From contig CAVQMM010000001.1 of the NCBI GenBank assembly GCA_963713615.1, positions 384,001 to 448,000 of the forward strand: DNA of 64,000 bases. Direction: 5' to 3'. The stretch is from an uncultured Chlamydiae bacterium. Lineage in GTDB: Bacteria; Chlamydiota; Chlamydiia; Chlamydiales; JAJFMA01. Under the pieces are notes generated by a model, which was not told the origin of the DNA, did not search any database, and saw only the letters and a list, made by a program, of their open reading frames with translations. Made by a program: the position numbers and the translations under genes. Position 1 is the stretch's first letter; the number at the start of each line of letters is the position of its first letter. Of the stretch, positions 1 through 9,840 are shown in pieces.

Positions 1-1041
1 GTCCTGCATTTGCTTCGAGAGATGAAATGTAGAAGCGTTGCTCAACCGTGGTTTTGCCTTTGATGGTTCTCTCGGATTCAATCAAGATAGCAGATTTCAA
101 GCCAGGCCATTTGCCTATGCTGCTAAGCTCATTTAGATCAGAGCTAGCCCAACATTTTCGACATTCAATTCGACCATGACCCTTGTCATATTCCTCATGC
201 TTGGTTCCATTAAATCCATTCCAAGCAGTCTTCTTCCAACCCTCGAATAGGCCTTGTTCACCTTTACGGTCAGAATTTCGGTCGGACGAAAAAGGTCGGA
301 TGTCGTGGTTTGTGACGAGGGCATAGCGCCAGCTATGTCCGAGGAGCAAAACGCGACAGACGATCCTTTTGCAGTCGACCGAAAACTGACCGCAAAGGTG
401 AATAAGGCCCTCGAATAGTAGCTTGATGTCTGTGTGAAGCGTGCCTTGGTTGCCTTTCAGTCCTAAAATATAGTCTCCTTTCTGTTCAATGATTTGGGCC
501 GCAATCTTTCTTTGGCACCCCATTGCATCCATGGTGACTATCTGACCCTCCAAATCTAACATAGCAAGAAGCTCAGGCAGAGCTGTGATCTCGTTGGATT
601 TGCTATCAACAGCTACTTGCCCTAAAACTAAACGGTTTTGCGTAGCCCAGGCAGACACTGCATGTAAGGCTTCTTTACCATTCTCAGGATTGGCGCTTGC
701 GCGAGCTGTTTTGCCATCAATCGCTATGACCTCTTTGCAGGGCTTTTTCAACGTGTTTGTAAATTCTACAAAGCAATGATGAAAGGTCTTTGGATTGAGC
801 CTAGACATTACACGCCCAAATGTATCATGGGATGGTACACCATTAGGCAGAGGGACAACCGCTGCAAAAAGATCAAAATTAGCTTCACAATAATCGTGCA
901 TTCCCACCCATTCATCAATACCAGCCATAGCTGAACAGATGGCGATGAAGATAATACTCATTAAGGGATGTTTTTTGTGCGATCAATTCTGGGATCTTCA
1001 ATTTGCTGAAAAACAATCTTAAGACGCTCTGCTGCTGACAT
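1..1041 (-). pseudogene. ISAs1 transposase, frameshifted near the 5' end, with an in-frame MITE insertion
   Basis: Manual translation gives MSAAERLKIVFQQIEDPRIDRTK, then a frameshift at the T6 run 971-976. The frame resumes with PSHDTFGRV, IAIDGKT, SNEITALPELL, VTMDAMGCQ, LKGNQGTLH, DKGHGRIECR and RFYISSL, all ISAs1 motifs. Confidence 0.9.
250..409. mobile_element. 160-bp palindromic MITE, copy 1
   Basis: TIR GGCCTTGTTCACCTTTACGGTCAG / CTGACCGCAAAGGTGAATAAGGCC. 8-bp target duplication CTCGAATA at 242-249 and 410-417. Confidence 0.95.
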
Positions 1042-1112
1042 TGTTATCTCCTCTATAGTGTGATGGCGAGGAGATATAATACCTAGTCAAAAATTTAGAT
1101 GCGATCGCCCTG

Positions 1113-1178
1113 AAGGGATCAATACCCAAGAAATTCATCGTCCCTTGCTCAAAGGAGTGCCGATGTGTTTCCTGCGTT
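1113..1178 (-). pseudogene. Remnant of Rhs-CT cassette constant region, cut by ISAs1
   Basis: Near-identical to 2079-2143 and 6680-6745 (ETHRHSFEQGTMNFLGIDP). Confidence 0.85.
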
Positions 1179-1259
1179 TCGCAACAACGCCTAAGTTTTG
1201 CTTAGTAAAACGAAAGTCAACCGGTTCGATGCCACATAGACAAATAATTAGAAATGATC

Positions 1260-1574
1260 TCAAATTGGTAGCCAATCAGGTCGAATGGATTTGATGACAG
1301 CTATTGCCTCAGTTTGGGCTTCGGGAACCAGGCAACTGATTATGTCAGGCCTAAAATTTTCTTGCTTAACAAGTATCTGTCCAATGGATTCACCACAGAC
1401 ATCAAGAATGAAATCATCCTCTTGGGATGGTTTAGAAGCTATTTTTACTAGTGCAACTAGCGCTCTATCATCATTATATTTACCCAAATCCATCGCGGCA
1501 TCATCTCTCTCATCAATTCTAGCCTTTTTATCAAGTAAAATGTCTATAAGTAGTGCAATCCTGTCAGCCATCAT
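1260..1574 (-). CDS. Putative immunity protein, HEAT-repeat-like
   Basis: 104 aa, directly after the toxin stop. Carries the family motif LLIDILLD...DERDDAAMDLG.Y.D.RAL.AL...D.CGESIG..PDW. Confidence 0.85.
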   Translation of the reverse strand: MMADRIALLIDILLDKKARIDERDDAAMDLGKYNDDRALVALVKIASKPSQEDDFILDVCGESIGQILVKQENFRPDIISCLVPEAQTEAIAVIKSIRPDWLPI

Positions 1575-2552
1575 TTACCAGTCCCCATAATTAACACCCA
1601 ATGAAAGATGCGATCCAACGGTCGTGTCCCCCTTTTCACAAGTAAATGGGTTAAAGCGACTATTCGCACCCTTACCTAGTCTCACATCAAAGCGTGGCAA
1701 AGCACTACCCTCGTCTAGTCCTGGTCGCAGACTAGCCTCTGGTTTAATTCTTAGCCGCCATTCAAATTCTCCATTTTTATATATCCCCCATTTTTCAGGG
1801 GCACCCTGAGGATTTGGCAGCTTTTCCCATCCTTTGCTCTTGGCCCAGCCGCGTAGTATGCGAATATTGTTTTGGGCGGTGGGGGAAAGCTGGCTGGCAT
1901 TGAAGTGAAAGCGGTTTAACGTTACCGGTAACTTTGGTAACGTTGTGGAGATTCCTCTTATAGCGAATTTTCCAACAGACCAGCCTAACTTCGCTAAGCC
2001 CCATCCACCCGATACTAGGGCTACTGCCTCACAAGCCATTGTAGCACCATAGCGATAATTTTGATAAGTCATATCGGAGGGATCAACACCCAAGAAATTC
2101 ATCGTCCCTTGCTCAAAGGATTGCCGATGTGTTTCCTGCGTTTGGTCGATACAATCCCTAATAGCACACTTTTCCTCGGATGGACATTCTGAATCCCATA
2201 GTCCAACATTGCAGAAACAATCGCAGAAGCTATGACAAACGGACAACCCAAAATCTGCTATACCGGCACATATCCCCTTACAAGCACTTGATGCACGGGA
2301 GTTTGAATAATTGGACTCCCTTTGAACGTTATCACCGCGTGATTCCCTGTTCTTTGAAGTGCTGGTCTTTCGCCCACTGTCCGCCGCTTTATTTCGGTCA
2401 TACAAAGCACTGAGTCCCCAAAGATCCAAGAGGGTCAACGGATTATTGTGCACATAAGCATAGAGGTTAGGTCCGTCTGAAAAGCCTTGTGGATCGGGTG
2501 TTAGCCAGCGTCCTATCGAAGTATCGTAGTCGCACTTGCCAAATTGGAATAA
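1575..2552 (-). pseudogene. Orphan Rhs C-terminal toxin cassette (5'-truncated)
   Basis: Rhs core end (GRWLTPDPQGFSDGPNLYAYVHNNPL..DLWG), then the constant stalk and a variable tip ending NPFTCEKGDTTVGSHLSL. Confidence 0.85.
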
Positions 2553-2567
2553 CTTTGAGAAGCAACG

Positions 2568-3047
2568 CTAAATTTTTACGATTAAATGCGGAGCGTTAAT
2601 TTTAATATATTTATATATGATCTGCCTTGAAAAGGGTGGGAGGCATTCAAACATTTTTTCGTCGTACATATTAAGTCCAACACAAATTTCGCCAATCGAC
2701 TCTGAGCAGTCATCAACTATATGGCCTTGTTCACCTTTACGGTCAGAATTTCGGTCGGACGAAAAAGGTCGGATGTCGTGGTTTGTGACGAGGGCATAGC
2801 GCCAGCTATGTCCGAGGAGCAAAACGCGACAGACGATCCTTTTGCAGTCGACCGAAAACTGACCGCAAAGATGAATAAGGCCAACTATATCATCCTCTTC
2901 ATCTGGTCTAGCTGCGGCTGTAACTAGAGCAGTCAGTGCCCGTAAATCCTTATATTCCCTAAGGTCAATAGCAGCATCGCTTCGTTCATCTTCTCTAGCC
3001 GATTTATCTAGTAAGATATCTATTAATAATTGAGTTCGATCTTTCAT
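2568..3047 (-). CDS. Putative immunity protein with a 56-aa in-frame MITE insertion
   Basis: Same family as 14043..14405. The frame stays open across MITE 2723-2882. Confidence 0.8.
   Translation of the reverse strand: MKDRTQLLIDILLDKSAREDERSDAAIDLREYKDLRALTALVTAAARPDEEDDIVGLIHLCGQFSVDCKRIVCRVLLLGHSWRYALVTNHDIRPFSSDRNSDRKGEQGHIVDDCSESIGEICVGLNMYDEKMFECLPPFSRQIIYKYIKINAPHLIVKI
2723..2882. mobile_element. 160-bp palindromic MITE, copy 2
   Basis: Near-identical to 250-409. TSD AACTATAT at 2715-2722 and 2883-2890. Confidence 0.95.
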
Positions 3048-3049
3048 TT

Positions 3050-3385
3050 TCACCTTGCATAGTCAAATTCTAAAGGTAAATGAGAACCAACCCGCCAATT
3101 TCCAATCTCTCCAGAAAATGGGTTTATATAATCCTTCCCTGCAAAGTCAGCATTTAATCGCGCATCAAATCTAGGTAAATTACTACCAGCGTCCAAATTA
3201 GGCCTGAGACTTCCTTCTGACTTAATTCGCAATCTCCATTCAAATTTTCCATCTACATGAACCCCCCATTTTTCAGGGGCACCATGGGGATTTGGCAGTT
3301 TTTTCCATCCTTTGCTCTTGGCCCAGCCGCGTAGTATGCGAATATTGTTTTGGGCGGTAGGGGAAAGCTGGCTGGCATTTAAGTG
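3050..3385 (-). pseudogene. Orphan toxin cassette (tip plus partial constant region)
   Basis: Reads HLNASQLSPTAQNNIRILRGWAKSKGW...EWRLRIKSEGS...PRFDAR...NPF...GSHLPL. No start codon context. Confidence 0.85.
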
Positions 3386-3515
3386 GTCAGTCAGCTGCGT
3401 CCGGCGCTCAAACGGTTTCCGGATAAACCCCGTATGTTTCTTTCAAGACATTTTTCTATAGAGCTGGTTTCCCTTAGACAGGGTTGGCAGCAGCTGCCAA
3501 AAATCTATATATTTC

Positions 3516-3544
3516 TTGACAACTCTATGCAAATTGCATAGATT
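3516..3544 (+). promoter_or_regulatory. Sigma70-type promoter of IS607 tnpA with an overlapping palindrome
   Basis: TTGACA(3516)-17 nt-TAGATT(3539). Palindrome TCTATGCAA-A-TTGCATAGA at 3524-3542. The ATG lies 7 nt after the -10 box, suggesting a leaderless transcript. Confidence 0.6.
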
Positions 3545-3551
3545 TTAGCGC

Positions 3552-4172
3552 ATGAAGGTGAGTATCAAGAAAGCAGCTCAGGAACTTGGCGTACACGAGG
3601 CTACACTCCGTCGTTGGGAGGCTGCTGGCAAAATCCAGGTTGAGCGTACACCCAAGGGACACCGACGTTATCTATTGTCTAGCCTAAAAGGATTTAGTCC
3701 TAAAGCCACCTCCTCTAAGGTTTCTAACGGTTTGACGCTCTGTTACGCGCGGGTTTCGAGTCATGATCAAAAAAAAGACCTCGTTTGTCAAAAAGCGGTG
3801 TTAGAGTCTTTTTGTGCAGCTCATGGATGGACCCATGAAGTCATTGAGGATCTCGGCTCGGGATTGAATTATCAAAAGAAGGGTTTAAAAAAGCTCATTA
3901 AAGCGATATGCTCTGGCATCGTTGGCCGTTTAGTGATCACACACAAAGATCGCCTGATGCGGTTTGGGGCCGAACTGATCTTTTCTCTTTGTGAGAGCTT
4001 TGGTACGGAGATTGTAATCATCAATGCTAAAGAAGACACGACTTTCGAGGATGATCTCGTCCAGGACGTGCTAGAAATCATCACCGTGTTTTCGGCAAGA
4101 CTTTACGGCGCAAGAAGCCGTAAAAATCAGAAGCTGCTTAAGGCACTTAGTAAGGCTGCTAATGCCGTCTAA
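3552..4172 (+). CDS. tnpA: IS607 transposase (MerR-like HTH + serine recombinase)
   Basis: N-terminal HTH (TLRRWEAAGKI..RTPKGHRRY); motifs YARVSS, DLGSGLN, HKDRLMRFG and FSARLYG. Confidence 0.95.
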   Translation: MKVSIKKAAQELGVHEATLRRWEAAGKIQVERTPKGHRRYLLSSLKGFSPKATSSKVSNGLTLCYARVSSHDQKKDLVCQKAVLESFCAAHGWTHEVIEDLGSGLNYQKKGLKKLIKAICSGIVGRLVITHKDRLMRFGAELIFSLCESFGTEIVIINAKEDTTFEDDLVQDVLEIITVFSARLYGARSRKNQKLLKALSKAANAV

Positions 4173-5805
4173 AGATGACTCTAAAACGTTTACATACCAA
4201 ATGCGGCTTAATCTGGATAAGTCTTCTGCAAGCATTTTGGATGCTTGCGCGCAACTGTTTTCCAAGCTTGAACGTAAATTGTTTGCAGATGTCTGCAAAG
4301 GGAAGACTCCTGGTGAGCTTAAAGCAAGATACATTCGGGAATATGAAATTACCGCCCGTCATTTCAATGCTCTTCGTGTTCAGATCGAGGGGAAAGTGAG
4401 ATCGATACGAGAGAGACGGCCGGGGCTGATTGCTGAAATCCGGGATAAAATAGCGTCGGCTCAGAAGGTCATTGCACGTTTGGAAGAGAGAAAACTTAAT
4501 TCCGAGAAGCTCCATCAAAAGAAGCGACGCTTGGGGAATCTGAAACGTGGTCTTGAGAAACTCCAAGCGGATCAAGCGACGGGAAAAGTGTCCCTATGCT
4601 TCGGATCGAAGCGTCTATTTCGAGCTCAGTTCGCCTTGCATGAAAATGGCTATCAAAGTCACGAGGAATGGCTTGCAGAGTGGCGCCAGTCGCGGAGCAA
4701 CAGCTTTTTTCTTCTCGGATCCAAAGACGAATCCAGTGGAAACCAATCCTGTACGGCTACGCTCACAGAAGAGGGCAGTCTAAGGTTACGACTCCGCCTT
4801 CCATCCGCGCTGGCAGGGCAAGAAAAGTACTTATGGCTTCCCCCGATTCGTTTTAAATACGGCCATGACAACATTGTGGAGGCTTTAAGATCCTGCGAGG
4901 AAAGAAAGCGACTACAGGCATCAAAAAGTCCTGAAGCGAGCCATTGTGGAGTGGCTCTCAGCTATCGATTCGTACGCGACGAAAAAGGATGGCGCGTGTT
5001 TATCAGCATGCCCGTTCAGAAACCCCAGACAGTCACTTCACAGCATCAGGGAGTCATCGGCGTCGACATCAATGCGAATCATCTAGCCATCACAGAAACA
5101 GATCGCTTTGGCAACCCTATCGCCAAGAAGTCGCTTCCACTAAACACCTATGGAAAAAGTCGAAACCAAATCCAAGCTATCGTTGGCGATGCCTGTGCTA
5201 ACCTTGTGGAAGCTGCGAGAAGTACCGGCAAGCCCCTAGTTATCGAACAACTCGACTTTCAAAAAAAGAAAGCAGAGCTAAAAGACCACGCAAGTCCCAA
5301 ACTGGCACGAATGCTCTCAGGCCTAGCCTATAGTACCATCATAAGCGGCCTGAACTCACGAGCTTGGAGATTGGGCGTAGAGGTCATGGAAGTGAATCCA
5401 GCCTATACTTCAATCATAGGACGCGTCAAATTTGCAAAAAGATATGGATTGTCAGTCCATCATGCGGCCGCACTGGTCATAGGCCGCCGATCCCTTAGAG
5501 CCTCCGAAAGAGTTCCTCGCGATCTGGACTCAATACCAGATGGCAAAGGAAGCCATGTCGCTTTGTCCCTACCCGAGAGGAATCGGGATAAACACGTATG
5601 GCATACCTGGGGAATCGTCAATAGAAGGTTTAAAACCGTGCATGCAGCACACTTCCGGGCGAAAAAAAATCGATCCTCATGCTCTAAGCCAGCATGCGTG
5701 ATAGAGCCCATCCCGGATGTTGCCGGTGAGATTCCGGCTGGTGAATCCGTCAACACAACTGCTCGGTTGGCGTCCTTAACTAGGCCTACAACGATAAATG
5801 TGTAG
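4162..5805 (+). CDS. tnpB: TnpB-related RNA-guided nuclease family protein
   Basis: RuvC-I GVDIN, RuvC-II VIEQLDF and VNPAYTS motifs. Overlaps IS607 tnpA. Confidence 0.85.
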   Translation: MPSKDDSKTFTYQMRLNLDKSSASILDACAQLFSKLERKLFADVCKGKTPGELKARYIREYEITARHFNALRVQIEGKVRSIRERRPGLIAEIRDKIASAQKVIARLEERKLNSEKLHQKKRRLGNLKRGLEKLQADQATGKVSLCFGSKRLFRAQFALHENGYQSHEEWLAEWRQSRSNSFFLLGSKDESSGNQSCTATLTEEGSLRLRLRLPSALAGQEKYLWLPPIRFKYGHDNIVEALRSCEERKRLQASKSPEASHCGVALSYRFVRDEKGWRVFISMPVQKPQTVTSQHQGVIGVDINANHLAITETDRFGNPIAKKSLPLNTYGKSRNQIQAIVGDACANLVEAARSTGKPLVIEQLDFQKKKAELKDHASPKLARMLSGLAYSTIISGLNSRAWRLGVEVMEVNPAYTSIIGRVKFAKRYGLSVHHAAALVIGRRSLRASERVPRDLDSIPDGKGSHVALSLPERNRDKHVWHTWGIVNRRFKTVHAAHFRAKKNRSSCSKPACVIEPIPDVAGEIPAGESVNTTARLASLTRPTTINV

Positions 5806-5871
5806 ATTTGTTAAGGTTTTTAGGAGCGGTTGAAAGACCTTAACCTTGAAACAACTGAGTAATTCCTCAAA

Positions 5872-6210
5872 TCAATGGGAATAGTCTTCACAATTTAAAG
5901 CATAGCGCTTAACCCATTCCGGCTTTCGAGCTTTAACTACAAAATATACTCCATGCTTTACCGTACCCGGAAGATTACGAAAAATTTTATAGTCAAAAAT
6001 GTTCATTTGTACCCATATCGAGCCAAGCGACTCACCGCAAGAATTTAAAATTAATTCATCTTCATCTTTGTTTTTTGATGTCTGTAGTAGCGCATTGATA
6101 GCTCGATCATCGCGATATTCGGCAAGATCCATCGCTGCATCGTCTCGTTCGGCAATAGACGCCTTACTATTACAAAGAATTTGAATTAAATCGTCAATCT
6201 TACTTTTCAT
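5872..6210 (-). CDS. Putative immunity protein, HEAT-like
   Basis: ERDDAAMDLAEYRDDRAINAL...CGESLG...KPEW, downstream of a toxin tip. Confidence 0.85.
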   Translation of the reverse strand: MKSKIDDLIQILCNSKASIAERDDAAMDLAEYRDDRAINALLQTSKNKDEDELILNSCGESLGSIWVQMNIFDYKIFRNLPGTVKHGVYFVVKARKPEWVKRYALNCEDYSH

Positions 6211-6228
6211 TTTTTTGATAATTTTAGT

Positions 6229-7037
6229 TTATTCATAGTAATTAAACTCTAACGGGATATGCCCCCCAACATCTTTGCCACCTATTTGACTTCTGAACGG
6301 GTTAACAAATATCTCATCCCCCAAACGAGCACTTGCTCGAGGAAAGTTGCTATCTATCTTTAATCCCGGTCGCAGGCTACTCTCGGGTTTAATTTTTAAA
6401 TACCATTCAAATTTATTTGTTAACAAATTCATCCTTTGCTCTTGACCCAGCCGCGTAGTATGCGAATATTGTTTTGGGCGGTGGGGGAAAGCTGGCTGGC
6501 ATTGAAGTGAAAGCGGTTTAACGTTACCGGTAACTTTGGTAACGTTGTAGAGATTCCTCTTATAGCGAATTTTTCAACAGACCAACCTAACTTTGCTAAG
6601 CCCCATCCACCCGATACTAGGGCTACTGCCTCACAGGCTATTGTAGCACCATAGCGATAATTTTGGTAAGTCATATCAGAGGGATCAATACCCAAGAAAT
6701 TCATCGTCCCTTGCTCAAAGGAGTGCCGATGTGCTTCCTGCGTTTGGTCGATACAATCCCTGATAGCACACTTCTCCTCGGATGGACATTCTGAATCCCA
6801 TAGTCCAATATCGCAGAAGCTATGACAAATGGACAACCCAAAATCTGCTATACCGGCACATATCCCCTTACAAACGCTTGATGTATGAGAGTTTGAATAT
6901 GTGGACTCCCTTTGAACGCTGTCTCTGCGTGATTCCCAGTTCCTTGAAGTGCTGGTCTTTAGCCCACTATCCGCCGCTTTATTTCGGTCATACAGAGCAC
7001 TGAGAGTATTGAGTCCCCAAAGACCCAAGAGAGTCAA
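6229..7037 (-). pseudogene. Orphan toxin cassette broken by a deletion/frameshift at about 6430
   Basis: The constant-region ORF 6429..7037 stops at KSKG and the tip ORF 6229..6432 is in another frame. The WEKLPNP..PEKWG segment is missing. Confidence 0.85.
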
Positions 7038-7107
7038 AGGAGCAGTTTCGAGATGCCGTTGTTCTGTCTGCTTGTCTTATGAAAAAACTAAACAGGTGTG
7101 CCTAAAA

Positions 7108-7455
7108 TTACTCCTCAACTTCATTGCCTAGCCATTCTAGTTTTTGACCTCTAATGCGGGAATAGGCAGCTATTCGAGCTGTAGGCGCTAAGTCATTAAT
7201 AAACTTTTTATCAAATTGACCTAATTTAATAAGAATTCTGGCAATAGACTCACCACACGAATCCAATATAGTGTCGTTTTCATTTGGATCCGAAGCAATT
7301 TTTGCCAATGCATTCAAAACTCTATTTTCAGTATAGCTACCAAGATCCATAGCCGCATCATCACGTTCATCCTCTCTAGCCGACTTGTCAAATAAAACAT
7401 TTATTAAACCATCAACTTCATCATGCATAATGTGAGCCTTATCAATATGGATCAT
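7108..7455 (-). CDS. Putative immunity protein, HEAT-like (true start may be about 7428)
   Basis: AREDERDDAAMDLGSY...ILDSCGESIA. Confidence 0.85.
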   Translation of the reverse strand: MIHIDKAHIMHDEVDGLINVLFDKSAREDERDDAAMDLGSYTENRVLNALAKIASDPNENDTILDSCGESIARILIKLGQFDKKFINDLAPTARIAAYSRIRGQKLEWLGNEVEE

Positions 7456-8632
7456 CTAAGATAATATGCGTTCCAACAGATTCATCTCCAATTTGAGATG
7501 TAAAGGGATTAATATAGCCGTCACCACCAGTGCTTACTCTCGAATCAAATCTTGGTAGTTTGCTACCTTCTTTCAGGTTTGGCCGTAAACTTGCTTCAGC
7601 CTTTATTTTAATTCTCCACTTAAATTTGCCATCGTCATAAATTCCCCATTTTTCAGGTCCACCATGGGGATTTGGCAGCTTTTCCCATCCTTTGCTCTTG
7701 GCCCAGCCGCGTAGTATGCGAATATTGTTTTGGGCGGTGGGGGAAAGCTGGCTGGCATTGAAGTGAAAGCGGTTTAACGTTACTGGCAACTTTGGTAACG
7801 CTGTATAGACCCCTCTTATAGCGAATTTTCCAACAGACCAACCTAACTTTGCTAAGCCCCATCCACCCGATACTAGGGCTACTGCCTCACAGGCTATCGT
7901 AGCACCATAGCGATAATTTTGGTAAGTCATATCGGAGGGATCAATACCCAAGAAATTCATCGTCCCTTGCTCAAAGGATTGCCGATGTGTTTCCTGCGTT
8001 TGGTCGATGCAATCCCTAATAGCACACTTCTCCTCGGATGGACATTCTGAATCCCATAGTCCAACATTGCAGAAACAATCGCAGAAGCTATGACAAACGG
8101 ACAACCCAAAATCTGCTATACCGGCACATATCCCCTTACAAGCACTTGATGCACGGGAGTTTGAATAAGTGGACTCCCTTTGAACGTTATCACCGCGTGA
8201 TTCCCTGTTCTTTGAAGTGCTGGTCTTTCGCCCACTATCCGTCGCTTTATTTCGGTCATACAGAGCACTGAGTCCCCAAGGGTCTATAAGGGTCAATGGA
8301 TTATTGTGCACATAAGCATAGAGGTTGGGTCCGTCTGAAAAGCCTTGTGGATCGGGTGTTAGCCAGCGTCCTATCGAAGTATCGTAGTCGCGCTTGCCAA
8401 ATTGGAATAAACCTGTATGCGAATCGAGACGCTTACTAGCGAATAGCCATGGGTTAGCGATTGTAGAATGCGCTTGAGCAACATTGGTCGCATCGTAAAT
8501 TTTAAGTTCCCCAAATGCACTATAACGATAGCTTTCAACGGCAATGCCTGTTTCACTGTCCACAAGGCAGCAGACGTTTCCTCGATGGTCATGGATAGGC
8601 GCATATACTTTCTGATTTAGCTCTAATGCAAC
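7442..8632 (-). pseudogene. Longest orphan Rhs cassette (Rhs core end + stalk + toxin tip)
   Basis: VYAPIHDHRGNV...YRYSAFGE...NPWLFASKRLD..TGLFQFGKRDYDTSIGRWLTPDP...NPLTLIDPWG is an Rhs-associated core with the DPxG cleavage motif. 5'-truncated. Confidence 0.9.
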
Positions 8633-8655
8633 TTGGCCCGCTCTAGTTCACTCCC

Positions 8656-8737
8656 CTTCATCCTAGGTCAGACTCTCCTGAGAATGGGTTTACATAAATT
8701 TGGCCAGTTTTATCAGTTAATAACCTCGCATCAAACC
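8656..8737 (-). pseudogene. Small toxin-tip fragment
   Basis: Manual translation RFDARLLTDKTGQIYVNPFSGESDLG*, which matches the tip motif RFDAR...YVNPF. Confidence 0.7.
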
Positions 8738-9076
8738 TTAACTATTTTCGGGTTGCACTTTCGAAACCCATTCAGGCTTAATTCCTAAAATATATTGAAT
8801 GGCAGAGTCTTTTGCGGTCTCAGCCAGTGGTGTTAATATGTTGGAATCAAACTGATTACGTCTAATGAGAATTTCTGCAATGGAAGTACCACATGAGTCG
8901 AGAACAATATCGTTCTCAAAAGGATCAGAACCTATAGATAATAGTGCCTGAAGCACCTCTTCATTATTATATTTACCAAGATATGCTGCAGCTTCATCAC
9001 GCTCATCTTCACGTCCCTGTTTATCTAAGAGTATTTGCAGTAGCAAGATCATATTTTCTGTCATTATCTTCACCAA
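8738..9076 (-). CDS. Putative immunity protein, HEAT-like
   Basis: GREDERDEAAAYLGKY...VLDSCGTSIAEIL...KPEW. Confidence 0.85.
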   Translation of the reverse strand: MVKIMTENMILLLQILLDKQGREDERDEAAAYLGKYNNEEVLQALLSIGSDPFENDIVLDSCGTSIAEILIRRNQFDSNILTPLAETAKDSAIQYILGIKPEWVSKVQPENS

Positions 9077-9508
9077 TATTCTCGATCCAGTAAGAGGTGT
9101 CGGCCAATGTCCCTATCACCTGTGTTACCATTGAAAGGATTAACATAGCGATCGCCACGTTTCTCCAATCTTGCATCAAACCGTGGAAGATAACTACTGC
9201 TAGCTAATCCTTCATTACTGCTAGCTTCGGATTTAATCATCAGTCGCCATTCAAACTTACTATTATTGTAGACGCCCCACTTTTCCGGCGCACCCTGAGG
9301 ATTTGGCAATTTTTCCCATCCTTTGCTTTTGGCCCAGCCGCGTAAAATACGAATATTGTTTTGGGCGGTAGGGGAAAGCTGGCTGGCATTGAAGTGAAAG
9401 CGGTTTAACGTTACCGGTAACTTTGGTAACGTTGTAGAGATGCTTCCTATAGCGAATTTTCCAAAAGACCAGCCTAACTTAGCCGCATCGTAATTTTAAG
9501 TTCTCCAA
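9070..9508 (-). pseudogene. Orphan toxin cassette with an internal deletion
   Basis: Constant region runs from KLGW to the tip GRHLLLDREYW. It is preceded by a ~25-bp Rhs-core scrap (9484-9508) matching about 8489-8514. Confidence 0.8.
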
Positions 9509-9513
9509 CTGAT

Positions 9514-9840
9514 TTATTCATGAATTTGGCCCAGCCATTCGGGCTTATGTGCTTCTAGGTAATCAATAGCCCTTCTTTTCGCAAGAGGAACTAATTTGTC
9601 TATTATTTTTTTTTGAAATTGATTGCTACGCGATAAAATAATTCCTATAGATTCTCCGGATGTATCTAGTATCATTGGATTTTCTAATTGGTTTGAACAA
9701 ATTTTTATTAAAGCATCTAAAGCTCTATTATCATTGTATTCACCAAGGTATACCGCAGCATCATCGCGTTCATCTTCGCAAGCTGTGGGATCAAATAAAA
9801 TCTCAATCAATAAATCAATATTGTCACGCATAAGCCTCAT
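9514..9840 (-). CDS. Putative immunity protein, HEAT-like
   Basis: EDERDDAAVYLGEYNDNRALDAL...GESIG...KPEW. TGATG stop/start coupling with the toxin. Confidence 0.85.
   Translation of the reverse strand: MRLMRDNIDLLIEILFDPTACEDERDDAAVYLGEYNDNRALDALIKICSNQLENPMILDTSGESIGIILSRSNQFQKKIIDKLVPLAKRRAIDYLEAHKPEWLGQIHE

Larger units (their letters stand above)
1..1112 (-). mobile_element. ISAs1-family (H-repeat) insertion sequence, running off the left edge
   Basis: On the minus strand the end reads CAGGGCGATCGCATC from 1112 (ISAs1 ends start CAGGG). It contains an ISAs1 transposase and abuts Rhs-cassette sequence at 1113. Confidence 0.85.
3466..5829 (+). mobile_element. IS607-family element (serine recombinase TnpA + TnpB); ends approximate
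   Basis: Overlapping tnpA-tnpB pair with no TIR or TSD. Candidate GG(TT) crossover cores at 3466 and 5828. Confidence 0.8.

Noticed and set aside
133..779. ORFs 133..324 and 585..779
   Set aside because: Alternative frames or antisense of the ISAs1 transposase and the MITE.
2180..8271. Repeated plus-strand ORFs MDILNPIVQ... (2180, 6782, 8038) and MGLS.VRLVCWK ORFs
   Set aside because: Shadow frames that recur only because the cassette DNA is repeated.
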